Shown here: positions 44,746 to 60,940 of the stretch, in pieces
How the letters are laid out: each line of letters opens with the position of its first letter
Position numbering within the stretch: the stretch's first letter is position 1
From: Eledone cirrhosa
Taxonomy: Eukaryota
Reading direction: 5' to 3'
Length of the DNA stretch: 64,000 nt
NCBI GenBank assembly: GCA_964016885.1
Contig: OZ024742.1
Span: 304,730,001 to 304,794,000 of the forward strand
Notes under the pieces: model-generated
What the model saw: the letters and a program-made list of their open reading frames with translations, nothing else
Told to the model about the DNA's origin: nothing
Databases searched by the model: none
Position numbers and translations under genes: made by a program

Positions 44746-47088
44746 CATTCCTGTATAACTTTTAGTTAAAGAATATTGATAATTGGCTTCCTGCATTCAC
44801 GTTGGAAATAGTAATAATCAGTTTTCAGTCCCTAATGTATACCAACATACCCAGTAACTAACTTTTCAAACTTAATTAAACAGATTAACACAAACTTTAC
44901 TGGCTTCCAGTACTTACATCCTTCAAACGAACGTAAATATCCGCAAACTGGAGCCTTGGTTTCAGTGCTTACGAAGGATTGATTTCGCTAAAGATAACAA
45001 AATAAGTCACTGTGGGATTCGAACGAAGAAAGCAAAAGACGGAAATCAACTACGAAGCATTCCGCCAGAAGCTCTATCAACTCTCCTAATCCAGCATCCT
45101 AGACTGTTACTTTATCTTATCAACCATGAAATGATAAAAGACCAAGTTGAATTAAAATGGATTATCCGCTTAATAGAATAAAAGCATCAGATAATATCAT
45201 CAACATTTTCAGGTATACCCAAGATCAAAAGAAAAGTGTGCTAGCTAGTATTATTTGACGTGTACATAGTTGCAGCGGTATTGGTCGTGGTGGAATGGGC
45301 TTATGAAAGGAGGGAAAAACTGGCGTATGTAGAGAATGGCTATATGAATACGATAATGTAGCTCGTGATAAGATATATATATATATATATATATAGGAAA
45401 CAAGTAGGTAGATGCATCTATATAATGTTCAACCCTGAAAATATAAAAGGAAAAGATAACCAGCGGGATTTGAAATCAGAACGCAGTGAGCCGCAATAAA
45501 CACCGCAAGGCTTATATCTTGACGTTCTAATGTTTCTATAAATTGAGCACTGTTGCATAATGGTTAATATTTTATCCAAATGGGGATACCTCGTTTTCGA
45601 TTCTGTGTTAAAATTATTTAATTTCCCAATGCCAGTGTAATATTCTTAGAGGGCATCAAGAATGACCCTTCTCTCATCTTGTAAACATGCGATATTTTGT
45701 TGAATAAACAGAAATCAATATTCTAAATTTGAAATCTCCAAAGGTAACATTATTTGGGAAAATTTAAATTAAATACATCTGAGGATAATATGGCTTTGCT
45801 TTTGATTTCTTTATTTTTTTTTCTTTATTCACAATTGATACTCACAAAGCCACGTGTAAACCACACCACAACACATAGATGCCAGCAGAAGCACACAAGT
45901 ACCAGGAAGAATACAGTGTGTCTGTTTTTGTTTGTGTACAGATATTTATATATATATATATATAAATATGTATATAGATATAGATAGATAGATAGATAGA
46001 TAGCTTGATGAGTGTATGTGGGAGTGTTTGTGTGAGTGTGTGTATGAATGCATATATAGAGATAGGGAATAGAGAATACAGATAATTCTGGATCATACTA
46101 CTAATCCAAACGGGAGAATAACTAAAATTTAAAAATCACTGATCGACAATGCGCAGAACGTTCCCCTATTTTGCCCGAGGTACGATTTATTTCCTGAAGC
46201 TTTTCTCAATGCCTCTGGCTGTAGAATAATGATCAAGCTGCAGCTTCATCGACCTCGCAATATGAAACATCTTGCACTGATATGGCTACACCTTCAGAGA
46301 ATAATAGATTTCAGTTTTAGATTAAAGAATTTGGTTGAATACGATGCTATTAACAACAGCAACAACAATAACAACAGCAAAAACTTTAGCAACAGTAAGC
46401 GGTCAGCGTGTTCATTAATACCACGGCAATGTCCCAAGATGCTAGTTTCTCTATCAAATTTGTGAGAATGATTTTTATTATAGTGGAACAGTGAAATCTT
46501 ATAAGTTCAGCTGGTCTTCAATAGAGTGACATCGTTCGCTCTTGTTACTTTGGCTTTTGTGTGAATTGTGGGTGGACAGTTCGTCTGTTCTTCAAGTAGT
46601 AGGTCTTCATTTAGCAACCACTGGAAGAAATACTATACAGATTATTTGTAGTGTGAGTTCACAATATGGAGTGTTTAGTTATTAAGAAATGAAACACACA
46701 CATGCATACACACATACATACACACATACATGCATACACACACACGCGCACACACACACACACACACACATACACACGCACTCACACACACATACTAACA
46801 CGCACACACGCACTCAAACACGTACAAAATATATGGATATAGGCGTAGACGTAGTCGTGTGATTAATGAGTTCGATTTGCAAACATTTTGATTCGAGTTT
46901 ACTTTCAAATATAGCATCGGGTTTGCCAATGCACTATCAATACAATTTGGCCAAACATCTGCAACTCAAAGTGAAAATATAGGCCTATATATAAATGTAT
47001 ATATTTATATAAATGACACACAACGTAGATATATATAGAGTGTGTTGAAACATTAGTGAAAAACTTTCTTTATACATTTAATATATAT

Positions 47089-47167
<79 letters not shown>

Positions 47168-48855
47168 AAACTTGTCACTTTTATATGAATAGAAATGGCA
47201 ATGGCTAACATCAGGGTATCTTCTTCATTGCTACGTATGGTAGGTGCTTTATTACATTTTTGTGTCTATGTAAACATTTTTTCGGTTAGGGTTAGGGTTA
47301 TATATATATATAATACAATTAAATAACAATGCATTTTCTCAAATGACAGTGTAGTGATTATTAATTAGATAAAAGAAAGGATTATGATAATAATGTTCTA
47401 TTCAAACGCAGCTACTTTCTGATTTATAGAAAAATAACTTATCAAACGTATAATACTATAAAAATACATAGAAATATAAAGAACAAAAAGAAACCAGAAA
47501 TAACTCGAAATTGATGAGAAAAGACTGGTAGAATATTAATCTAGGAAATAAGAAGCCTATAATCTATAATAGCAACTTTAACTAAAAGAAAATATATTAA
47601 AACTGATTAATATTCTAATTTCAACTACTCCACTGAGATATGGTGCCTTCATATTAACAACAATCCAGCTAACATGGGATAATTTAAGTAAACATATTAT
47701 TCAGATTTAAATTAAATTTTATATTTAATTTTTATTTTCCTTGTCAATAAAATATTCGCGTTATATTAGCACCAACTTTGGAAGTGCTATTAATTTCCTG
47801 CGCTTCAACGTTGCCCGAGACATGTGTTTCTAGATAAACTTTGATATTACACCGATATTTCATATTCAACAGCGCATGCTTAGTGTATCTTCGCAAATCA
47901 ATTGACGAGTCATCTCGCTTATTTAATTAGGCTGGTGTTATTTAACCTCATTTTCCCATCCAACAGGAATTTGTAAGCAAATTATCGCTAACTGTCGCAA
48001 AGGATTATATTTTCACTAGGACATTGTCGTGACAAATAGTTTCAAAGGCAAAGTTACGCTTCTAACTGAGTCATTTTGCAGCTCTACACACCTATCTTTT
48101 CCATTACATCACCCCCACCCCATCTTCGCCATTTTGTTCAGCAAACAGCAGACATTTTGTAACGTATAATTTGCAGCAATATGCTGCTTTCTTCACACAC
48201 GCATACACGTACACTGTCAATTACTCACATGCTGTAGCTCACAATCCCAATTTTTGAATTTCCTTCTGCTATACAAATCATGTCCATCACTTGTCTTCTG
48301 TGCAATTTTTCCATTCTTCCTTTCTCACCATTCTTTATTTAACAAAACCCTCTATCATTTCTGTAACACATTTTATACTAACCCTTTTATTCCTACCACT
48401 CTAAGCAGGCGTGTTGAGTAAATGGAGTTAGATTTATTTTAAAGAGCCCGAGCTACTTTTCCCCTGCTTGTGGACTACGTTAATTTATTTGACAGCCTCT
48501 TCTATCTTAGCCATGAATCACCAGAGAAGTAGTCTAATATTTAATTACGAAGACCCCCATGTAAGTTGATTTGCTGCCTGTATCAGTTTCAAAATGTCAT
48601 TTCAAGATTTTGTTTGAATTTTAAGTATATCAAATATCGATTTAAATTAATAACACTATTCTCATTTATAGGTAAGGAGTATTGTCTACATAAAGTTGTA
48701 TGTATAGTACAAGTAGCCACGATACTTATAAAGAACTGATACACATTACTACGAAAATAAATCCAGGTATCTTATGCAGAACTATAAAAACTGTTGTTCA
48801 AACAAAAATTGTATTGCGTTACTGTGGAAAACATTAACAAACTGTTTCCCCAAAG

Positions 48856-48942
<87 letters not shown>

Positions 48943-48977
48943 TATAATAAATAAAAAGTATGAGCAAATATAGAAAC

Positions 48978-49064
<87 letters not shown>

Positions 49065-49497
49065 TATATATATAAATATATATATATATAAATAAATATG
49101 TGTGTGTGTGTGTGTGTGGCAGGTCACGTTTGGATGCTGCTAGTAATATTACGTAGAATACTACGTAGAACATCTCTGATAGTAGGTCGTCAGTAACTAA
49201 AGCCAATGGACCATTCCTCGGACCACACTATTGAATCAGTCTTGCATACTTTCTGCCAAACATATGCATGCATGCATTTGTATATGTATGTACGTTGGAA
49301 TACATATATGTAGGTATTTAGGAATATGGAGGTGTGTCAATATGTATGTATATTATTTTTCCGTGTTCAATTCAAATCTAGCCTAAGTTAGCTTTATGTT
49401 TCAGTGTTTACCTAGACGTTTTATAAATAGAACTTTAAATAGAGAAATATATCAGATCTCTAAAGAATATATTTCACTTGTTTGTTTATATAAACTT

Positions 49498-49595
49498 TAC
49501 TAATGAAGCGTTTCTTTTATCTCTTTTCAGGTAAGTCACAACAGTATTGATATCTTTCTAATTTAATCCTCGGACACTGATATGTTTGGGTAAGT
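49498..49595 (+). other. Candidate recursive splice site (ratchet point) with 59-nt RS-exon
   Basis: TACTAAT 49498-49504, TTTCTTTTATCTCTTTTCAG 49511-49530, GTAAGT 49531-49536, second donor GG|GTAAGT at 49590. Confidence 0.6.
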
Positions 49596-49762
49596 CGATG
49601 AAGTTCCTGTTTAGTAAAATAATATATACATATGTAAGCTATATATGTTCAATACTTTATCCTGGCACCCGAAAATAAACGAACCATTCTACAAAAATAT
49701 AAGTATTGTATATATACAAATGATGTATGTGTGTGTGTTTGTGTGTGTATGTGTGTGTGTGC

Positions 49763-49796
<34 letters not shown>

Positions 49797-49990
49797 ACAA
49801 AATTAATGATGGAATATGTATCACACTGCTATCACCGAATCTTAATTTTCTTTTTGCTCGAAGCCTTACTCCAGTTTATTTAATGAGTGAATTGAGGAGG
49901 AAGAAAAACGACTAAAATGATAAAACCAGAATGTACTCCGTCATTGTATTTAAAATATTTACAATTTTCCTACATTTAATTCAAAGTTTG

Positions 49991-50064
<74 letters not shown>

Positions 50065-50093
50065 ACACACACACACACACCCACACACCCACC

Positions 50094-50129
<36 letters not shown>

Positions 50130-51699
50130 CCTATATATATATATATATATATATACAAGTGTAGACGCCATTAATTTAAAGATAAGAAACATGACAACAT
50201 AAATCTAGACATGTTGGCGTAGACAATTTGTGTTTTTGAATAAGCAATAATAACGTGGATGACAAATGTGATTATGCAAGAGAGCTATATTTATATATAC
50301 ACACTATATTAAAATATTTACTGTCCGATATATGACTTTTTTTTATTATTCAATCATGGGCTTATAGAGTACTGATGACACTTTTCAGAGCTTCTGTAAT
50401 TAGTGGAATGAAGATTAGAATGTATGCGGAGACTATAATCGTATCATGAGTGCTTGCAACTGCATATTCACCCAAGAGCCAGGTGTGAGTGTGTGTGTTA
50501 AGACCGACGACTGGTTACGACTACCACCGATGTAGTTGTTATTGGGGTTTTGAATGCAGGGTAGTAAGACCCACACCTAGTATGAGTAGTTATCTACTCT
50601 GGAAATATCAACTGAAATTTGACCACGGTCAGATTTGAATTCAGTTTGCAGGAAGCCGAAATGTATTTCGTCCCACTTTTCGCAAGGTATTTCGTCCGAT
50701 ATTTTGTAAGGCATTTCGACCGATGTTATCAGCACTCTATCAAATCACTGTCTAAAAAAACAACGAATGAAGAGTTGGATTCATTGGTTCATTTCAAGTT
50801 CAAATGGGAGATCCAATGATTCGAAAAAATATTTTATTGAACGTAAGCGTCTAGGACGACGAAGAAAGAAATAGCATGAAAAATAATAAGCAAAAACTGT
50901 ATATACTAGTGAAGACTAACGAAAAGATCGAGCCACACTTTCAGATATATTCATCAAGTATAGGAAGCACATCGGCTGCACTTTGATCAGTATCTTAATA
51001 TCGCCTCACTAAAACAATTGCTAGGATATACACTGATGTATTAATTATATCAATTGTTATAATAATTAAAGTATATATACAACCATGCCTAGATTCACAA
51101 AACTACACACATTTGAAGTAATATCCTTCCTAGACGCATAAAACCTCCGACCTAAGATTCTTTCAGTACAAAATTAAAACATACACAACACACTGAATAC
51201 ATTTTCTGCATAATTCACATAACACATATTCTACGCAAATATCGCCGAATAATAGAATTCAAGGCACGCAACACTTGCAGAATACAATTACTATATAATG
51301 GTGTGACACAATTAAATCTGCTTTAACTTAACACAACCAATTCCCAATAAAATTACATAACACATACTTTTATATAATCGACACCCAATATTTGTAACAC
51401 GTATCAAACACCAAAGATATTGTACACAATTGCCTCGTACACAATGCACATAGCTCATTCTTCACAGAACCCTCTCTAGATGCCAAAACGCGTTATATAT
51501 CTCATAGAACAAATACGAAGCAACGTACCACCTAACAAAGAATCAGAAAACTCAAACAACTTATGTTCCACAAAAAACAAACAAACGAAAAACTACCGCA
51601 AACATAAAAACACTAAATATAAATAAAATTAAACAATTATATATCAACATAATTCTACAATTGCAAAAACACATCACTCCAAAGGACTCAAGAACATGA

Positions 51700-52250
51700 T
51701 GTTGAACCTTATGAGGAGTGTTAGAAAACCTGGCATGTAAATTAGATGTTCCTAGTATTAAAATGGTGTGTTTTTATTTCTGTACCTTAGTGGAGGATAC
51801 GTTTATGGGTGGAAATACTAGACAACAAGTAGCAGATATTAAAGTGGTTTGAATTGTCATAGAGGAGACATCGGTTGGCCTGGCGTGCAATGGAGTATGC
51901 TGGAAATTTGCTCATGCATATAATGATGACAGTATGTTCCATCACGCTAGAATGCACCGTACAATCTGCATGTGATGCAGTGTATAATGTTAGAGCACAT
52001 ATGCCACACTGTGCAAACAAATTTGTTGGGCATTATTAGGAAACATTTTTTGCAAATATTTTCCGAGACACTTGTCGCCCCCGTGTCCATGCTATCAAGG
52101 ACTATGTCTGGATAAAACCTTTTCTCATTCTTCAATAACAAAAGATCTATTCGAAACGGAACGTCTTCTCTCAACAACATCCGAGGTATTCGTAGGGGTG
52201 CCATCTTGACATACGGCGTTTCTGGGGCACATGAATCTGGTGGAGCCAAT
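51700..52250 (-). mobile_element. Highly decayed PLE GIY-YIG region (Neptune-like)
   Basis: CKKC...KFVC...SNIIHCITC and a downstream HFN resemble the CxxC / FTC.S.NVIYCITC / HFN pattern; very degenerate. Confidence 0.4.
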
Positions 52251-52349
52251 CTCCTCTCCAGGTCTGAATACAGCAGATTTCTTCCAGAGAAGAATAGAAA
52301 GTGAGAGAATGGAAGTGAGAAAGAGGTATAGAAGAAAAATCAACCTCAT

Positions 52350-52500
52350 TACTTGACTGGTACCTTTTTCATCAACCTTAACTGGATAAAAGGCAACGTT
52401 GACTACGGCGGAATTTGAAGGCAGAGAGCAGAGAAACGAAATGAATACCGCAAAGCTTTCCATTTGACGTTCTAAGGTCTCTGCCAATTCGCCACCTTAA
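52350..52500 (-). mobile_element. Diverged Deu/Nin-like SINE
   Basis: GACTGGTAC...AAAAGGCAACGTTGAC...GGAATTTGAA...CTGCCAATTCGCCACCTT. Confidence 0.7.
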
Positions 52501-52650
52501 GAAACTATACATTTTGCCAAAAAAAATAGATTTTCCGTTTAGTGAGTACTTTTACACACATTAACGATACGCAGACATATACTATTTATATATGTGTGTA
52601 TGTGTGTGTGTGTGTATGTGTGTGTGTGTGTGTGCTTGTGTTTGTGTGTG

Positions 52651-52703
<53 letters not shown>

Positions 52704-53347
52704 TGTGTTTGTGTGTGTTGTGTGTGTGTGTGTGTGTGTGTAAAAGCATGGCTATTACGCAGTTTTCGTTGACGCTTTTGTTATGACGTTCACTTTTGTT
52801 ACCTTACCAAGTATATCTTTTGCTCACTCCTCTTGTATTTCCTATCTATATCGCTTTAGCTATATATATATATCTTACTCATATTAATTTTGGTATCCAT
52901 ACGTATACGAAATTCTAATGTATTTATTTCACCATCTTTTCTCTCCCTTTCTAATGCATCTCTCAACCTCATGCTGCTATATTTTATTATTCGTCTCTAT
53001 TCTCTATATATATACCAAGCTTACTAGCTATTAACAAATCTATTTCGTCTCTGCTAAACCTCAGAATATAAAAATGAATATAATAAAAATAAAACAGATG
53101 AAGCGTCTTATTATAATATACTTCCACAATCATTTTAATATATTTTTTTCTTCATCTCCAGATTATTTTTCAGCGACGTAATTACCCATGGGACGGTTTA
53201 TTCTAAATGGCTCACAGAGTGACAGACCGTTATTATTAAATTCCTAAATTCCACATAAAATACACAAATCCATATTCAGACAAACATCCTCAATTGCAGT
53301 CACACGCACTCATGTATGAGTATGAATACACACTAGATACACACACA

Positions 53348-53432
<85 letters not shown>

Positions 53433-53437
<5 letters not shown>

Positions 53438-53479
53438 AACGAGTAGGACCCGTAAGTTCCTTACCACATTTCCTTCGTT
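53433..53479 (+). mobile_element. Family X internally deleted copy (outer ends only)
   Basis: ATAGGAACGAGTAGGACCC (outer end of the inverted arm) is fused via GTAA to GTTCCTTACCACATTTCCTTCGTT (tail end); both ends match the 15583 copy. Confidence 0.85.
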
Positions 53480-53570
53480 ATATATATCTAATATATATAT
53501 ATCCATATATATATATATATATATACATATATATATACATATATATATATATACATATATATATACATAC

Positions 53571-53604
<34 letters not shown>

Positions 53605-53612
53605 ATATGTAG

Positions 53613-53746
53613 TAGAGGCACGTGGCCTAGTGGTGTGTTGGACTTACGATCATAACGTCACGGGTTCGATTCCTGTGGTGTGTGCTGTGTTCTTGAGCAA
53701 AACATTTCATTTCACGTTGCTCCAGTATACCCAGCTGAAAATGAGT
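53613..53746 (+). mobile_element. tRNA-derived SINE of a second family (5' part)
   Basis: Box A GTGGCCTAGTGG, box B GGGTTCGATTCC, then GTGTTCTTGAGCAAAACA...TTGCTCCAGT..CCCAGCTG. A diverged relative lies at ~54715-54960. Confidence 0.8.
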
Positions 53747-54239
53747 GTGTGTGTATATGTACATTAAAATGACGAACCTCAAATACATGGTGTTGAGTTT
53801 CGTTTTTTTATTAATGAGCGGATAGATATTTGTCACTATTAATATATTTTTTAGTTAATACATACACAGCCAACCACACTGTTAATACTCCCAAACACAC
53901 TTAGACACCATCACGAACAAAATAGAGACCATTCCACTAATACATACTGTGATACACATACAAATTTAAAACGACATATATTTTCTCATATGTCCCACTT
54001 ATTCTATTTTCCGGACTAAAGTCCAATACGTTGAATGTTGTGTTTGTCTGCGTCTGCGTGACATAAAATAGAGGCTATGAAATATCCCAATGTTGATAAA
54101 TATATCTCATTTGAAAATCAGTACGGTCCTCTATCTCTCCAAAAAAGTTAGTTCAATATAGCCTCTGCTTATAACTGTTTCACATCACATCTTTGATTAA
54201 TTAAGTTGCGGCCTGCATTTTATAGAGTATATAGGAAGT

Positions 54240-54445
54240 TATAGTACATTAAATAAGCTGCAAGACGAAATATATCCTAACTAGTTCGTATCATTCGCAC
54301 GTGAAAAATATACTTTTCCTTTTTCTTATCTTTGTATATATAATACCCTGAGTGTGTATTTCTGCTAATGTCTATGATTATACATATTTTACTCGTTAGA
54401 CTACAGACAGAGTATTTCGTCTTGCAGCTTATTTAATATACTATA
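54240..54445. mobile_element. MITE-like element with 33-bp TIRs
   Basis: TATAGTACATTAAATAAGCTGCAAGACGAAATA (54240-54272) versus the reverse complement of 54413-54445; one mismatch. Confidence 0.7.
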
Positions 54446-55659
54446 TTTCATGTTGGTACTGGCTTAGCAAGAGTGAAGAAGAATGTGATAAAGCCAGAGG
54501 AGGCAAGATTATAAATGAAAATTAAAAAGAAAATCACAGCGTCCACATATTTGTACACATGGTCATGGTAAAAATCTGAAAGAATGTAAAAACGAAAAAC
54601 ATAAAGCGAATATATCGTATCTAAATAGTGTCTTGTGAAACATTATGACATAAAATGTGTGCATTGATTTGACACACAGATAACACACACAAAAGTGTGT
54701 GTCTAATGAAAGAACATGGGTCAGTGCTGAGAGTTCGGCTCACGATCATAACTGCTGGAGTTAGATTCACAGCGGCACGTTGTATCCTTGAGCATAATGT
54801 TATTTTGGGTTGCGCCAGTCCAAAGAGTTAGCAAAAACAAGTTTTAGCTGTATGTCAAAAAGCCAAAATTGTCATTCACTGTGTCATGTTGAATCAACTA
54901 GATTAAAGGTGCACATTGTCATGGAATGCTCAGCTACATGCATGCTAAATTTCAGTACTGGAATAGAACTTTGTTGGCACTAAATAATGAGAATTAAATT
55001 CGAACTCGACGAGATTTAATGCTTTAACGATCCTCTCATTTCACAGTCTGACCAATCCCATAGATAAATGACGCAACTCCAGCAACTCCTTATTAGATAC
55101 ACAAAGATTTGTTCCGTGTAGAGAAGGACCTTCAAGTACTAGCACATCTCAAATTGAATCTAAACATATTGGTTGCTTGTGAAAAGGCGTTCTACAAAAA
55201 TTGTGAAATTATTCTTTCGGCCAATACGTAATGATAGGGTTTCTATGAACATAATCTCCACCAGGTCACTAGTTTGAAACACTACATAGTAGCTGTGAGA
55301 AGTATCACTTATAGCAACGCTTCAACCCATGGATTTAGAGTGAAATTGGTGAGATGGAAACTGTTTGGAAGCCAGTCTGATGAACTGTATTTTTAATTCA
55401 AATGGCCAGGATTACAACGCACTATGACACACTGAATAAACCTGAAATACGTAGCCCTGGAAAGTTCAGCCACTTATTCAGAATGGAACACTAATCGACT
55501 ATTTACAAACTCTTACATAAATTCATAAAGTTACATAAATTCTTACATATAGATACAAGTACTTGTATCTATATCTATCTAGCTATCTATCTGTGTGGAT
55601 ATATACATGTAAATGTATATTCACACACACGCACTCACACAGACACACATATCCACAAT

Positions 55660-57175
<1,516 letters not shown>

Positions 57176-59799
57176 TTTGTGTGTGTATGTCTATATATGT
57201 TCTACGACCTCTATTTCACTCTCTTCATTCTTCCATTTCCTCTCCCGTATGTATACTAATATACTACAGTTCATGAATATAAGATAATTCTTAAGGAAAC
57301 GGTAATTGCAGATGCAAGGAAAAGCGAAAAATAACAAATATCTCCAACTTCATAGAATCTAATGTAATCTTAAAGAAACTCGTGATTGCTAAGATATTGA
57401 AATTGCGACCCTGGGAGCATTTTTATCTAATATTATGGAAAGACATATTGTTCATCCACTATCACTACCATTCTCCCAACCAACACCACTACCACCACCA
57501 CCAGCACCAGGACCACCAGCATTATTATCATTATCATCATCATTTCTAGCACTATAATTTCCATCATATTCGTATTCGTTCTAATTTTAGTATCAGTAAC
57601 ACCAACACCAATCAATACATACCAATGAAAACGAGTGCATTTCTGCCCACCTGTATTCTGTAACGTATATTTAGTTACGTCCTATCTATGTATTGCTATA
57701 GCGGTCACTCTACAATTTCTTATCCTATATGAGTTTGAGTTTCTCTCTACCTATGCATATATATGTGGGAGGAGGGGTTATGTACCGCAGTTTTTCCACT
57801 AAGAAAGATGAATTGATTATGCAGCAGATGTAAAATTATAAACAGTAGGGTTGATATCGATTTAATTCCTTCGAGCTTGTGCCCCAGTATGGGCTTAGTC
57901 TAATTACTGAAATCAATAAAAGATTAAAAGGATATAAAATATGTGCATTCCTATAATCTATTTTTTCTTTTATTAAATTCAGTTATTATTCCCTACCATG
58001 CTGGGGCACTGCCATGCACTCACGTAAATTATCTATCTGGGGGGTTTTGTTCTGATCCAATTTATATATATACATAGATAGATTGTCGGCTAGTCAAAGA
58101 TGTTCGTAAGCCCTCAGGTCGGCCTTTATCAAGCTGGTGTAAAGTGAAAGGCTACCCAGCCTTTGTCATTGCATCTTTTATCCCGACAGCTTTTATATCG
58201 TAAAATAATAGTAATTCAACCACAAATTACATCTCTTAAAACTACACACTGGAGTGCACAGCTGTCAGAGTATACCCATTAGTGTTTGCTTCTCAGTGTC
58301 CACATCTCCGACAGCACAACACGAAGTACAGCTTTTTGCGTAACCCGATAAATCTATTTCCAACGAGAAACGTCAAGATCAGATAGGGACATTAAAACAG
58401 GTCTAACTAAAATTAAGGACCTGTCATACTAAAAGATCGGTTTCCCCAAAACGTCTTGAAGCACTAATTGTTTGATCAATTACAAATAGGGGTCATATCA
58501 ATTAACCTTCTATATGGAAAGTCGTATTTGATATCATAGGTCTAGATCAATTGTGTCTGAAATAAAAATGTGATAATTCCAATTTCGCTGATATGCACGA
58601 CAGTATTTACCTGATCCCAAACAATGCAAATAACTAGTTTCTAACCGAATTTACATCATTTTCCAGTGTTCAAAAGTAGAGGCAAGAGAATTTGAATGTA
58701 ACAAAATGAAATATTAACTTCAGGTTATGGTAAATAATGAACAATTGTTGAAGACGGCATATATAGAGGAATATTGACACCAACGTAGGTTTATAGCGAA
58801 TATTTTTGATATGTAATATCATATGATATACCTTTTACAAAATTTAATAATATTCATTATATGTTTATGTACATATCTGAAACTCTATGTTATTGTTCAG
58901 CTTCAAAACATGTTCTCTATATGTTCAGTTTGTTTAAGCTCACGCAAATTGTGCCTGCAGAGATGCATATTTTTCTGTTACTCTAGAAGAAATCTTGCTC
59001 GTTTGAGAGTTGATGATAGTGAAGCTGTGTATATGAACTTGTCTTGTACATTGTCCTTCTTTATTTCCTTGGCAGCATTTGGCTGCCTGAACAGTTGTTC
59101 AAGCGATGCATTTTCTCATTTTCCTATGAATTCATATATAACCTCACTTCGTCTCGATCAAAGACAACAATGTTTATTTCACACACACACATACGCATAC
59201 ACCCCCCCCCACACACACACACATACGCATACACACACACACGCATACACGCGCACACACACACACACGCGCGCACAAACAACACACACACATATATATA
59301 TATATATATAGATATATATATGTATATATATACATATCACATAAACACACACACACACATAAACACACACACACACAAACACACACACACATATACACAT
59401 ATATATATATACATGCGCATATAAAGAGACACACATACACACATGTATTTATATATATATTTATATATATATGTTTGTGTGTGAGTGTGTATTAGAGTAC
59501 ACGTGCGTGTTTATAAAAGGATTGTATCTATGAGAGAAATGGGTAAGAGTTGTCTTTGCCGAGAAATCCAATCAGTATTTGCCAGAGGAAATATATTGAT
59601 TTCTAAACGCAAATAAAAAATTATGAGTAAGACAAATTATACGCATATATATATATATATATATATATATGCATGTATGTATGTATGCATGTATGCATGT
59701 TATGTATGTATATGTAAGTTTATATATATATATGTATATATGTATAAATAGAAATGTATATGTACGTGCAGATACATGTATGTATTTATGATGTATTTA

Positions 59800-59863
<64 letters not shown>

Positions 59864-59930
59864 CATATATAGATATAGATAGATATAAATATACACTCAT
59901 ATATACTCACACACACATCTATATATATAT

Positions 59931-59975
59931 AACAAAGAAAGTGTGGTAAAGAACCAAGTGCACCATAACGCACCA
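59931..59975 (-). mobile_element. Family X tail fragment (diverged)
   Basis: AACAAAGAAAGTGTGGTAAAGAACCAAGTGCACCATAACGCACCA directly after (TA)n. Confidence 0.75.
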
Positions 59976-60636
59976 CATTATAGTCACACTTTACTATTCC
60001 AGGTGTGGAGTAATGTTATATACAATGTTCTTAGAAGTTTACTCTCCGTCTTTGGTCCAATCTATTCTAATCCGTGCCAGTGTATTCTAACTCATGATCG
60101 CAGTTGCTTCCCACCAAACCGACACCCATACCTCATTACTTACCACACCTCCACTCTACATCAGTGGAACAGTGGAGAGTATTGTTCCCACTAGGACAAG
60201 GTTCCATACCACAAGCCAATGCTGGATAACCAACAATTGAATGAAAATGGTATATCGACCTGTTTGTATGCATGAAAGACAACCACATGAGAATGAGATC
60301 CGAGTCAACACAGGCGCTGAACGTGGAATCTTTGAATTTAGAATTATTTTTAAGTAGACAAAGTTTTGTAATATGAAAATAAATGATGTCCCTGAAGTTG
60401 TGTGATCAGTTATTAAATATATCTCGTATCTATTCATATATATATATATATATATATATGCAGAGGTTATATTTAATTTGTGAGTTGTCATTATGCGGGT
60501 ATGTCAATATTTGTAAAACAAATTTGTATTTTATCTGATGCAAGCGCACCAAAATTTGCCTTGGTTGCCCTTGAAATATATATAATAAAATAATTATGGT
60601 TTTATAAATATACTTTCCATTTATTAATATATTGTG

Positions 60637-60716
<80 letters not shown>

Positions 60717-60815
60717 GTAGTTAAGCAAACCAAGACCACAAATTCACATAGAAGACATTAGTCACAGAGTATCCACATTAAGTGCAGTTTAATATAGAAA
60801 GGGGATAGTAATGTT

Positions 60816-60940
60816 AGTTTACAATTGTTTCACTACTCAATTTTATTGTTTCTAGATCAATCGATGGTAAGAGAGTTATTGAGTTGGTGCAGAGAAATAT
60901 AAGTAACATAAAATAAATTAGGGAGCAGATCTTCGGAACT
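60816..60940 (-). ncRNA. Hammerhead ribozyme-like motif in the PLE 3' region
   Basis: AGTT-CCGAAGA-T-CTGCTC-(~84 nt)-GAGTAG-T-GAAAC-AATT-GTA-AACT: 4-bp helix I, 6-bp helix II, palindromic ACAATTGT helix III, GUA site; one core mutation (U4C). Confidence 0.6.

Larger units (their letters stand above)
43565..44937. repeat. ~190-bp inverted repeat pair with ~1-kb spacer
   Basis: 43565-43752 is the near-exact reverse complement of 44750-44937. Confidence 0.92.

Noticed and set aside
47284-47300. GGTTAGGGTTAGGGTTA telomere-like repeat
   Set aside because: Fewer than three units; too short to support an interstitial telomere or healing event.
53613-53680. tRNA-like box A and box B
   Set aside because: No complete cloverleaf; it continues into a SINE body, so it is called a SINE head.
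58100-58135. Minus-strand TTGATAAAGGCC...GGCTTACGAAC hammerhead-like string
   Set aside because: Spacing and the GAAA box are degenerate; cannot be distinguished from chance without a family consensus.
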